From NCBI GenBank assembly GCA_003344405.1, contig NOWV01000213.1:1-64000 (forward strand): a stretch of DNA of 64,000 nucleotides, read 5' to 3'. The stretch comes from Trichoplax sp. H2 (taxonomy: Eukaryota). The notes under the pieces were generated by a model. The model saw nothing but the letters and a program-made list of their open reading frames with translations, was not told where the DNA came from and made no database searches. Both the position numbers and the translations under genes were made by a program. Below are positions 50,001-63,039 of this stretch, one piece after another (position 1 is the stretch's first letter; each line of letters opens with the position of its first letter).

Positions 50001-53000
50001 GTATAGGAAACACTAAACCTATCAATAATATTTCTGTGATATGATAATTTGCGTAACTATCTTAATATATCTGATAAAATCTAATAATTGATTCTAAGCC
50101 TGAAATTGTAAAATATGCCAATAGATTAAATTTTATTTGCCGCTACGCGCATATTAGAAAAACAGATGAAATTTTAAAGAGTTGCTCACTGGAAATAAAG
50201 TAGAGAAACTAGTTCTTTTTTCAGACAGTTCTGTAAAGATATTAAAATTGTTAAAAATTGAGCTAGATTCATTTACATTTGGCCACTTCTAAATGTAAAT
50301 ATTTAGTGGATAGGAAGCAATTTAAGTTATCATGGGGCATCAAAATTTAATGTATCGTTCTGTAGATACTTTTAGTTAGTTTATCGAAAAGTAAACAACA
50401 TAGAAATTATGGTAAAAAACTTGACAATTCTTATGTTAAACAGTTTCACAAATAATGCTGAATCCTTATTATGGTCACATCATCATACTTCGTTCATATT
50501 GTTTCATTGCTCAAAAAGCAATATTATTGCAATGTAACGTTGCTATACTCTTATATCACATAACCTGAGTTTATTGAAGGACTGATTTACAGCATTGAAA
50601 TTTTGGGTTCTTAGCCTTGCTGATGATGCATAGTGCCCATGTTATTCTCTGATGAATTTCATGAAACAATCATAGAAAGTACACTAATAAATAAGCATTG
50701 AGATAATTTCTTGAAATTTCAAAATGTGCAGTAATTTAAGTAAAATTATAGCAAATATTGGTATTATATTGTCGTTCAACTTGACGCTTATATACTTTAT
50801 GCGTTTTTGAAAATGAATGCTTCAAATTTCATAACTTTAGAAGATTTTAAAGTAATTTTGGAAGTAAAAATAGCTACAGTCACAATTAAATATCATTTAA
50901 ATTTTCTACATGTATTTGCATATCATCCGACTACTTGATTTGTACCTTGTTGATATTTACTGTACTAAACAAAAATAGTTAAACAGAATCAAATAATGCA
51001 GGAAATTTAGATGCTATATTTTTTATCACCTTTATTGCAGTGCTTTGAATGTAGGTACGGTAACAATCAAAATATTTTCATGTTCTAATCTGCTTTTACA
51101 AAGGCAGAACAAGATCATTGATAATTTGAAGCGTTCATATGACCGTTTGTGGAAACTTCTAGATTATCACATATCATAGGAATTTAATCATGCAGTATGT
51201 AGTGAATAATTATTTTAAATATTCTAATTTTTAAATTACGAAATGAGAGTTGTGCCTTGTCAAGAAATTGAAAAATTTATCTAAAATTTATCACAATAGA
51301 TAAAATATTGCAATTTAAGGAGGGAAATAACAGAAAATTACATTTTTGTCTTCAATTTGACTTACGTATAATACTTAATATTTTATGATTACTGTGTTTT
51401 CTAAAAGAAATTAAATTACGCATGAATTAATAATAAGAAATTGTGAAATGTATCTGAATTAATGTCTAGTCAAGTAAATCCTTTTTGAGCTAATCTAAAA
51501 TTATCACCAACTTACGTCGAACAGAGCTAGAAAAGTGCATCGAAGAGCTTGTTCATACACAGCAGCAAATTTTGAAACAGACATACAAAATTCACGTAAA
51601 TCTGAAGAATTTATCTATTAATTTAGTATATTATACTTGGGCTTGTTTATCGTGTGACCAACCAACTTGATTTTTTAGCTCATTATTTGGGCCGATTCAA
51701 AAGAAGAACTGTAATAAGTGATCTTCTTATTAATAAAAAAAACTTCAGTCTCTAGTAAACTCACTTTATTCCATAGATCAGGTTCGTCTTACAACTACTA
51801 AGAACTATCTAGCTTCAACAGGACTATAATTTACAGCGAAAGCTCGCGGTTTGTATATCCTTTATGACAGAATGAATTTTACACCTTACAATCATATCTT
51901 GATAAATTAAGTCGCAAGATAACAGTTCATCATCTCGCAAGCTATTCATTATTCACGCGTCTAATTAAAGCGCCACAATGCAACTGTCCCAGTACTAACA
52001 TAATTAGTCTTATCTATTCATATCATAAAATCTTAATGTGAACATCTCAATAACATGAAGACAATACGCATTGTAAACCTCTTCTACAAATAGATATCTT
52101 CAAAATCATACAATCTAACATAGGAGTACTACTACTCTTGTACGGTCTTACAATCACAATGCAAGCTATATTTGGGGCTGCACTACAAAAACATAGTACC
52201 GTAGATTACTGTATGCAATATGTGGTGTCATAATTTGAGTAACTTAATTTAATATTTCTAAGATTTGAAGTATTATTATTTATGTTCAGTAGATATTGGG
52301 AAAAAATTAAGCAATAGCCATTAATAATGCTTCTAAGAGATCATTAATTAGTTATTGCAGGCTGTAACATTATGATCTTATATAGAAGATGCCTAGTATA
52401 GTAATATCCTAACATACGAATACTTATCATATACCGTTTAAGTACTGTATTGCATTACATTCATAATGTACGACATCATGACTACATATAGACGACATGC
52501 TATACATATAAAGACATTATCTCAATCCCATCTAAAACCTATAAATACCCTTGTACGCTAACTCGTTAGTCAGTTCCTACATTCCTGCTATCTCAAATAC
52601 CTTATCTATAACAACCATATCATTGTTAGCCTGTAACTTGTATCTCAATAAAATCCTTTATACCTTCTATCATCGCCTACCTTAAAATACTTTACGCTAC
52701 TTAAAGAAGATAATATTACACAGGCTATTTCATAGTAATGATTCAGTTGATTTATCTACTACGTTTTATATCAGAATAGAGAATGAGAGAGAATTCAATA
52801 AGCTTCTATAATAATTATACATATCCAATCGGAAATTTTGTAACACGCTTTGCGTTGCATGCTAAAACTGATGGACAATTTGATAGTTATTTTATCGTTA
52901 TAGTGTTAATCGAATTTAAATACATAATATACGTTAGATAAAGTGTTTTGTATACTTTTTCATTAGGTTAAAATTGCCAAGAATTTAGGGGAAGAATATT

Positions 53001-56000
53001 GAGTTGGAAAGAAAAATTTGCAGAAATTCCTTTGGAACCGTTCCAAACCTCCATTCACTTTATCAAAAAGGTTAAGTAGAATAACTAGAAATAGAATAAA
53101 AATAAATCAAAGCTATAATAATCTATTATAATAGCTTTAATCAGTCATTTATTGAAATAATCTAAAAGCTCTTATATTGTTTGTCTAGGATTTATTATCT
53201 TAATATTGGTATCAAATTCTTGAATACATGCGTATTCAATCTAAATAATGAAATATCATCAATTTTATTTTCCATATTATTACATATTTAATTGATAGTT
53301 GTCAGCCGTTAATAAAATTGTTAGTATTCAATTATTGTAAATTAATAAAAATAATGAGATAGCTGATAGTGTGTAATTTTATTCGGAATTAATGAGTAAT
53401 AATAGAATAAATCAATAATAATACCTGTATTTAAGTCTTGTAAGTAATTTTTGAAATGAATACAATTCCTTTCCTTTCCTATAGTTGTTGCACGTTTTGT
53501 AATTGAATGGCGTTAAAGTGATTTAACTGTGGTCTGTTTTGTTAATTTATCATTTCTAGATTTGCCAATCTGTTAATGATACAAAGTCACAATAAGATCA
53601 ACTTCACTTAAGAAACTAGTAAGTATGTCATGGTATTCCAATTTAGTTCTATCGGTAAAGATTACTTTATTTGATATAAAATATCTTCTATTAATTTTGG
53701 AGTAAATTTATGCTTCACTATTTCTATCACGATTGGTTACATTCGCAATTTATAGTTTCTAATACGAAAATAATAGTTACCGGTATGTAAAGAATTCATC
53801 TAAAAAATTTAATCTAATTTGTTCAGTAAGACAGATGGTGTACAGATGCGTGTATCATACAAAAATTATGTAATTCGGGAAGGTTCAATCATGTGGCATG
53901 ATAAAATATTACTGAAATTTAGACCTTTCTTATTCATAATAAAGTCATGATTTTCGATCTGTTTAAAGTTGTTATTATTTATATATCCTAATTTTGCTAG
54001 TGTGTTGGTGCTAATTCTACAAAACTATACAATTTAGTAATCGATTATAATGCAGTATAACAAGTTGTAAAAACTGTTGTTTCTGGTGCTATGATTAGTT
54101 TGCGGCAATGAAATAGTTAAGGCTGATTAATTATTCGCATATAAACGATACAAACGACTTTTAAAGGCAGCTATAAATTAGAAATTGACGATAAGAATTG
54201 ATAAATCGATGACGTTTTTGGGTATGTGTCTGTATTATAGTTGTTTATCCCAATTAACATATAGCACCTGGTGTATAGAAAAAAAGTACAGTAGCCTTAA
54301 CTGGAAAATAAATCATTACTTCATAATTTTACTTATAAATAAATTAACTGAAAAGTAAGTCACTATTCATTATGAAGTGTCGCATGATGTTACATACTTG
54401 TCAATAAATTTTATTATTTACAAAAAGCCCATCGAAGTAATGTAAAATGCCTTAGAAATTTACATTATGATAAACTGCTATACAGCCTACTTTTCAATCG
54501 CAAAATCCGCTCTAAAATAATTTTACGAGACAATTTGGAATAAAATCTAACGATTTATCATGCTAGGCCAAATACATAAAATATAAGAAATAGAACCGTG
54601 GAATGTATGCTATTGTTGACTAACAGTTGATCATCACAGTAATTATCATTGATATTGGCGGTAATTATATCTATTAAGAATACTTTAGACGCTAAATGTC
54701 TATGAATAAATATGCCGTAACTGAAAAAGAGTTCTTTGCTGTCTATACTGCCCATACTTTTCAATAAAAGTAACAGCAAGCCTATTTATTACTGATTAAT
54801 AAAGACAAAGACTCAGATGATTATTATTCACAAATTAGCTGATGAATCATTGCTGATGAAGGAAAATGATTATGTATTGTCTTACAAAGCATGCGTAGCT
54901 CTCTAGTGCATTATATTGGATTTGAAATTAATCAAAAATAGTGGGTCGTTCCTAATGAAATATGTGAAAAGAATGCGATTAAGAAATCCAACTCGAACAA
55001 GATAGATTCTCTACAATTCTTAGTGCGAAAAGGAATAGCATTAAAATACTCAATCCGTTTTGGCATAGCAACAATTGATAGAATCTTGAAATAGAAATTT
55101 TAAACTATTAGGAAATTTGGGTAATAAACTACTGATAATAATATTTTAGGGGTGGTTCATATCTTCGATAGTATTGTTTCATGATAAGCGTATAAACCAA
55201 AGAATGCTATCTATTACAATACTTTACATTGACAGACCATTTTGTCAATTAAGCAATAAAACTCAAAGACGGGTTATATTACTATACTTATTCAATACGC
55301 ATGATGATTACCTGCAGTTCGTGTTCCCTCCCAAATTATGTAAAGCAAAAGAAGAAATAGTAGAACTAAACATGATAGTAAGTACGTTAATGTCTGACAT
55401 TAAGGAAAATTAATATCTACAGCTACTAATATACGTATAATGAAGAAGAGAGCTCTGATCAATTCGTGATTGTTAATGACAAATCGATTAAATAAAACAG
55501 GACATAATTGTATAGTGTACATTAAAAATGGATTAATTGGCGTGAAATGTCGTAAGTATTTCAGAATTACCTATGCTGAACTTAGATTAGCAATTTCATT
55601 GGTGTAATACGTTATATTTCTACTCTATTTGACTTTTAATCATAGTGAGTTAGTATACTGTACAGTACTACGATTTACTGTATATCATTTCAGCTAGAGT
55701 GTCAAATATATACGTAAATCTAAAAATAGGTCCAAGGTAACTGTTGGTTGGAGTTTCAGCCTCCATAATATGTCAAATCATGTAGTAATTCCACCAATCA
55801 TCGAAGGTTATACCGTGGGAAAATCAATTAGGTAGCACTCAATGTTGTGACAGGTACACAATTACGCACTTTCCCGGAATTAATATAATCGGTAAGATCA
55901 AGAAATAAAGGAAACAATTATCAAAATGAAGCTCTATTTTTGGCATTGTAAGCCATTGACTTAGTTAAGATGCTATTATTACGATAATAAATTATCGACG

Positions 56001-57095
56001 ATTATGTATTTATGGAATGCAGCCAATAATCTTATTGCCCTTGTTTTGTACTTGCAGAGGCACAAATAATTGATGTTCATAATAGAACACAGTATTGACT
56101 TCACGCTAATGAAGAAAACTCTAATTTAGTACTCATATTTTTATGTTACAAAACTCATAATGTCGTAAATTATGGTTTTATCAATTGTCATCGCTTGTTA
56201 CATGTTAGCTACTATAAGCTACAGAGCAAAAAGCATAAATTAAAATAGCTATGACAGCATAAAGTTAATTAGTAATAACTCAACAGCACATAAATCCAAT
56301 TTAAGTTGCCTTACCGGTTAGCCTTATGCCTTTACCTTCATCATATTGTTAGCGTTTATTCTATAATTGATACATTAAGAAAGGATAAATGATTTATTCA
56401 GTCAATTAGCACATTTGCCACTTTTAACATTAAAGCATTATTTTTCGATATAATAATACGCGTATGTCACCAAGTGATTCTCGTAGATAAAAAGTTTTGT
56501 CATACTCATTAAAGAACATGCAGTGGTATTTGTTAACAATAACGTTTACTATGATATTATGCATAGTTATATGATACTATCTACTTAATGATAAACTAAT
56601 GCTGTTGTAACTTCAAAATAAACTGTCGGACTACGTAACAAAGTTTGGATCAGTTATGCAAAGACAGTCTAGTGGTTCAATATAATTTAATAGCGATAGG
56701 AAGTCGTCATTATTATTAATGATAACAGGGTCATAGCTACAATTTTCTGCTTTCAAAGGCGATTTATAGCAGACTAATATAAAGGAGCGACTATTTGTAT
56801 TGCTATGGTATATAAGAACAATATTATTTTCTTCTATTTTATTTAAAGGTAAACTAGTAAAAAACCATCGTATACAGTATTTACTATCGCTGGAAAGTAT
56901 TTGATCTCATCAGAAATTATCAACAAAAATTTTCCACTTTCAATATTGCTATAGTACAGTCTACGAATGCTGTAAAATTTTATTTTATCTATTTAATAGA
57001 TTGATAAGTTATTGGTACGAGTGAAAATTTAAAAAAATGATAGCGATTGCCAAGGATTTATAAGCAGTAAGGGCTATACTCGTATCATGACTTAC

Positions 57096-59331
57096 TTGAA
57101 TTAGATAACTAGACACAATTTCTTTGTCGGCATCCATCAGAGTTACTTTACATAATTCTGGTGGCTTAAACTCTGATTCCAATATTTGGCATCGGAACCT
57201 AACGAAGCGACTCTCTAGGCAGCTATTATCCCATGTGAAGTGCCCAACATTAGAATCACCTGTCAGGGGAGAATGATCTAAATAGTCAGATGTAAACTTA
57301 AGCCGATAACTTCCATTAGGAAGTTTAAATTCTTCATCCACGTCAGTGACCAGTTTTTCAAACGTCCAATTTTTATACCGCTTTTCATCGGGTGAAATTT
57401 CATGCCCTTTGAGAGCGATTTTAAGCCACAAAAAAAAAATTGGTGTATCAGTTCTTACGAAATAGGCTTGTAAAGTAAGAGCTGACGCCTGAGAAGGAGA
57501 GGCTACAGCACCGAAAGCTGTAAATTGGCTTATATGGAAAATTGCACTTCTATCTTCACCGCGCTTAATCCAATCATGACTTCTGTTGCTTTCATCCTTC
57601 TTCCATTCCAAAGTCTCACCATTTTGATAAAATAAACAGACAACTTGTTCGTCTTCTGCATGTTTCCCGTCCGAAATATTTTCCTTTACAACAGGTAGTT
57701 GTAATGTTGGTAATTGATTGTCAGGTGTATTAAGCTGCAAACCGCTTGGCTCAATTAGAATAACTGGTGACACAAACTTTAATTTCAATCGATTAGACGA
57801 TAAAATGAACGGAGGATCAGTGTGGGAAGCTTTAATTGTCACTAATGTGTCACTAAGTAAACAGTTTTTAGGAATTGTAAGTTTTACTTCTGGTAATCCC
57901 TTCAAAGTAACGCAAGAATATTCCTTTGCTAGGCAATTATAAGTTGTTTGCGGAGTATCTGTCACCTCTGTTGAAATTGATCAAAATGGCAATATTATTG
58001 TTTATTAATTTGGATAGTTCGCTACCAAAATTAGTATTCCATATAGTACAATAGCACAAAATATTGTCAACTAGATACTAAATCGCGACAAGTAATCATA
58101 TAAATTGGAATACGTCCAAGCAGCAGATAATAAGAATCTAAGTCGTCTCGAAAGTTACGGTTGTTTTGCTTGTTTGGATAATCACTCAAATCTAAAGCAT
58201 TACATTTTAATAACATTTCCATGCTTTCAAGATCGTAAGAAATAAGTTATGGTAGTTTCTTTACGTTATAGTGTTTTTATTATCAGTAGATCAACATTAT
58301 CTATGAAAATTATTACATGGCGTCGAATTAAAAAATTTACCTGCTATAGGATTCGCCGACACTTTTTCTCCACCTTCCAAATCTAAATCGTCAACGATAG
58401 CGATATCTTTTTGTTGCAAATCTTGGGTCTCCAATAATATTTGATTACTGGTTAGCTGGATATCGATATTACGGCCAAATTCATGAAAAAATTTTGCTAT
58501 TTTGCGCATGTAGCATTGTACGATAGGATGACTATCGCCTAAGGTTGACGTATAGTTCTTCAAAATTTTCTGATACGTTTCAATAGCTAGATTATATTTC
58601 AAACGGCAAATATGGATATCTGCTATGCAGTTATAAACATCAATTATATCATAGTAATTATGATCAGTTGATGCCAATAATATCTTGACTGAACGTTGGC
58701 ACATCTCCATGGCGTCATCATACTTTAATACCTTAAAGTAGATTTTACCAAGATTTTCAAGCGACTTTGCTACTTTACGACTGTCTTCCTTTCGGGCCTT
58801 AAGTCTTATATCTAAAGCTGCATGATGAGCAGCAAGAGCTTTGCTGTACTCTTCTTTATCATAATGAATGTATCCAATCAGAGTATAAGAATCAGCAACA
58901 TCGAGGCTATTCCTAGGACAAAGTATACTACATTTTATTTGTAGCGATTTATTAGCTAATGCTAATGCTCTATCGTATTCCCGGAAAGCTTTCTTTATTT
59001 CTGCTTCCCTATCATGGCATCGGGCTAGAAAAACTCCATCGTCCTCTTTCTCGCTAATTTCTTTGACCTCCTGAATACAACCTGTTGCTTTCTGGTAGTC
59101 TCCTATAATGATACAAACTGTTGCTATAAAAAGAAGCAGATCTTTTTTAATCAGAGTAAATTCTGCTGATCTTTGATTCTCCTCTGCTGATTTAGTTAAT
59201 TGTAATCCTTGTTCTAAAAAAGATTTGGCTGCTAGATAGTCCCTTGCGTTGTAATATAATTGACCATTTTGCCGCATCGATTTTATCAGAATTATCTTTT
59301 CTGAGGCTGACTGATTCATAGTTAATTCCAT
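57096..59331 (-). CDS. Cluster gene C: TPR array fused to ZU5/UPA (3' exon(s) not identified)
   Basis: TPR exon 59331-58341 (g|gtaaat, phase 1) joins ttcaacag|ag at 57967 in frame to the ZU5 exon (VTLKGLPEVKLTIPKNCL...FVSPVILIEPSGL...LQLP). That exon ends caa|gtaagt at 57096. Confidence 0.8.
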
Positions 59332-61492
59332 TTTATCGTAATCATTGAAAGTTTATCCATATCATAGTGCTATCCAATCCATTTCATTCAATTGACATCG
59401 TTTAGTTTACAAAATTATCGTAACTTTCCCAGTAAACAGTAAGCTTCTACTACTGCGCTTTCGATACTATAAGCTAGCATAACTAAATACGCTGCTATTA
59501 CATACTCGTAATACAAGCAGTTGTACGGAAACCGGCGACTCGCAAAAATGATTTATCTTCATTATTTTGACTATTCATTTGATTAACAGGCGGACAAAAG
59601 ATTGATTCACAACCAATTTTTTCCCGATCGTCATTGTATCACGTCTAACCTATTGCTGTTGCATGGATTATTCTTGAAAGTTAACATCTCAATGGCATAG
59701 TCCTAATAAATAGTCGACGAAGCGCACTAATTGTTCTGTACTTGCAAATTCCATAACTTATTGTCTAACATCGTTGTCTTATCATTCAAATCTAGACAAA
59801 AGCTATGTGATTAAAAAATGTTACGACATCAAAGTTACCTTTTTCTAGTCAAATAAATTATAATAGTGACAGTAATATTTTATTTTCAAAAATTTCGATG
59901 ATTTACTGCGATGCTATCAACAGCGTGTAGGATTAACGCTAGGAAGCTAATTGGCATCGAATAAAACCTAAACAAAAATATACGATATGTGTTAGATACA
60001 GTTTGATATTTTTTTAAAATTGCCGCAATATTTCCTTTTCAGTATTGTATTTGAGTGTTATTTCAAAAATATATCCTTAGATTATTATAACACCGCAATT
60101 AAAGATTGCCATTGCATATTTATAAGGTGTTATGCAAATCCTCTGTTGAACTGACTTTAAATGAATAAGTTAAGAAACGATGAGGGAAACAAAATATTGC
60201 AAGTTTAGTTTTGAAATTGAAATATATCAAAAGTATAGTAGCATGCAAATGTGAATAATTGAATAATCTTTTGCATGTTGTTGAAATTAAGTTCTTCTTT
60301 TTGCAATAAAGAACCTTGGGCTATTACTGAAGAAGTCTCAATTTACCGATTGTCATATTTTATTCAGCAAATAAGCAAGCCATACTATATGGGTACTGGT
60401 AGCCATTTACGTGCAGATATGGGCATCTAATAGCAAGAATTAAAGTTGTTGGATTCGTTAATGATAAGTATAACCGTAACAAACCAGCTTCGAGGCAAAG
60501 ATAACGTAAAAATTTTTAAATTAATATTGTCTCCGGGATTCAGTATCCCTTAATTATCTCACAAAAAATATAGATGCCTTTGCTTCTATGTTAAACAACT
60601 ATAGGACTCTCCTTTCATCCTACTATCTGCTGAGCTTAAATACAGTACTCTTTGGCAGCAGCTATCATGTATGATTCATAATAGTTCACGAAATATGGTT
60701 CATATTGAATAGCTTAATTAATACAGAAATTATTTATGATCTTAGACATGTCCTGAGCGATTCTACATAATTCGATTATAGAATATCCATACAAAGAATT
60801 ATTTATAGTATCACCTATAATTGAATATCTTCAGGATATTCATCATAAACGTTACAAGACATAACACTATAATCAATTAACATTAGTTACCTTATAAGAA
60901 CTCTTACTACAGTGCAGCGTAATTTATTGTAACAAAATAATAACTACCGTAGTTATTACTGTATGTCATTATTAGTTATGTCCGTATATAAATGTTAACC
61001 ACTAAATTTAGCCATTCACTCTTCACGGTAGTTCGTACTGTGCAATAACTAATTACAAACTCGCAATAAGTAGTAATTTTAACTGTGTCCCGAGTCTATT
61101 TGATGCAATTACTGAATTAGTTAACGCGTTTAGGTTATCCATAACTGGAGATACAAAATCATTGCATCATGAATCATTTCGAAATAACTGGTCATATTAA
61201 ACTTTACTTTATTCCTATCATCGTTCTGACTTCCTATGCGTTTGAATTTCTAGCGATAGCATGTTGCTCCAATATATTCGTAGATGAATTTCATTTCATA
61301 GCGTGGATAAATGCTCAGATTATGTTTTATTTGTTTAATAAAATGAAAAAAGGTTCTTAAGTATTTGCGTTAATTACGCTATTTTTACCGCTTTTACAAA
61401 GATTGTAAAAATATCAAAATATTGAAACATAAAATCAGTTAAACATATAAAGATGAACGTCTAATACTGACTATAATGATTTTCTACAATAA

Positions 61493-62041
61493 CTAGGGTA
61501 AGCCCGCGAACACAGTTCGCGGTTCACTATTTGTTCACATTCAGCTATCAAATTTTACAATTGCGGTTACACTTGAACGTAGCCTAACCTGCAAGACATA
61601 TCATGCACACAGATGAGATGCCTTATAAAGTTCCAGTACGACATCATCTCTACGCGAAGTCTAATCCTTCGTTTTGTAATATATTGACAGCGTATGTTTG
61701 CAAACTGTATTTGGTAATTTGCAAAGAAATCCGTATTCAACATTCATTCACCTATGTGTTCATATGCTGGTCGTTGCAATATTTTGAGCAGCATGTACTG
61801 TATTCTACTACTACTATATTGATTGACAGTAAGTGCGGAGTATTTGCACGCATTCTCTACACAAATATCCGGGCTCAAAAACTGTAACTTTTATAGTATG
61901 TTCCATACGTTGTTGATAATAAAATACTGTACAGTGTACACTCAAACAGCCAACCAATCAGATGCGAGAGATTGCCGACACACAAACACGCAGATAAAAA
62001 GCGAACCAAATAATTTTAATAGATATAGATATAAATATAGA
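61493..62041 (-). mobile_element. Non-autonomous Helitron, 549 bp
   Basis: Minus strand: host A | TCTATATTTATATCTATATCTATTAAAA... ending ...ccgcgaac-tgt-gttcgcgg (8-bp hairpin, 61504-61522), 7 nt, then CTAG | host T. No target-site duplication. These are the canonical Helitron termini. Confidence 0.85.
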
Positions 62042-63039
62042 TAATTTTGAAAAAGCGGTTCTGACCGTCCATGATATCTTCAAATGAATATAATTTTCTA
62101 CATAGAGACGGTGAGTAATTATAGTGGTACTTAATAGTTAAGCGTAACAAGAAGTTAGCTCTAAGCGTAATTCGTTAATCCTACTAACCTTGTTTAAAAG
62201 AAAATTGCAATTAAAAGCCGACATCGTAGCTTATACGTTTTTCGAGTTTTAAAAAATTATGTAACTTATATTATAATTAAAAAAGTCTCAGATTTTAGAA
62301 ATACTATAATCGTACGCAAGGTAAATGTAGCAACTTTTGTGAGTCAAAACTGAAGATTTTATGATGATACAAAGAATGTAAATGATGCATTATTAAATAT
62401 TCAAGCGACATAGACTTTATTGCCGTCCACTTAGAAACTTGCAAGAGGTGGAAGATAGCTTTATCTTTACCACGCTAACCGTTAAATACCAAGTGCAAAA
62501 TTTCGGCATAAATTTGAACCATTTTACGCTTATTCTAAACCAACGATCGGAGACTTTGGTTTATCATCATCCTTGCAATATCTGCGTATTCATGCCTAAC
62601 CAAAACAGTTTATCTTTAGCAGTCTAATCGATTTCTGTTATAAGTTTAGATTACTCACAACTACTTTATCTCAATACAAAACTATAATCGATCAGTCCAT
62701 ACAAATTACTTTGAGAATTATGTTCGCTGAATTATGTACGGAAGCGACTTTTAATATTGAGAATATGTTTAAAAGTTAATTGATGCGAATTGATTGAATC
62801 ATAGCTTATAATATTTTCTAATAAAAATATGCGAATACTAATACATTGTAGTAACTTTAATCGCATCATACTGATAATATTAGTAATATTCTTCGTAAGC
62901 AAATGACTTAGAACATCATTTCTATCGCTCAATAGCACAAAATAAGTAAATGTTTAGTAAACTATGTACGATGAAATAATTTATGTTTCGCCAATAACAA
63001 ATTAATCTGTTAATGGTTCAAAGCTAATTATAAAATTAC

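Noticed and set aside
47100..56900. ~10-kb AT-rich stretch between genes C and B
   Set aside because: No credible ORF, repeat or RNA gene seen by eye; small 3' exons of gene C may be hidden here.
61603..62044. ORFs 61603-61887 and 61823-62044
   Set aside because: They lie inside the Helitron, show no Rep/helicase motifs, and are probably spurious.
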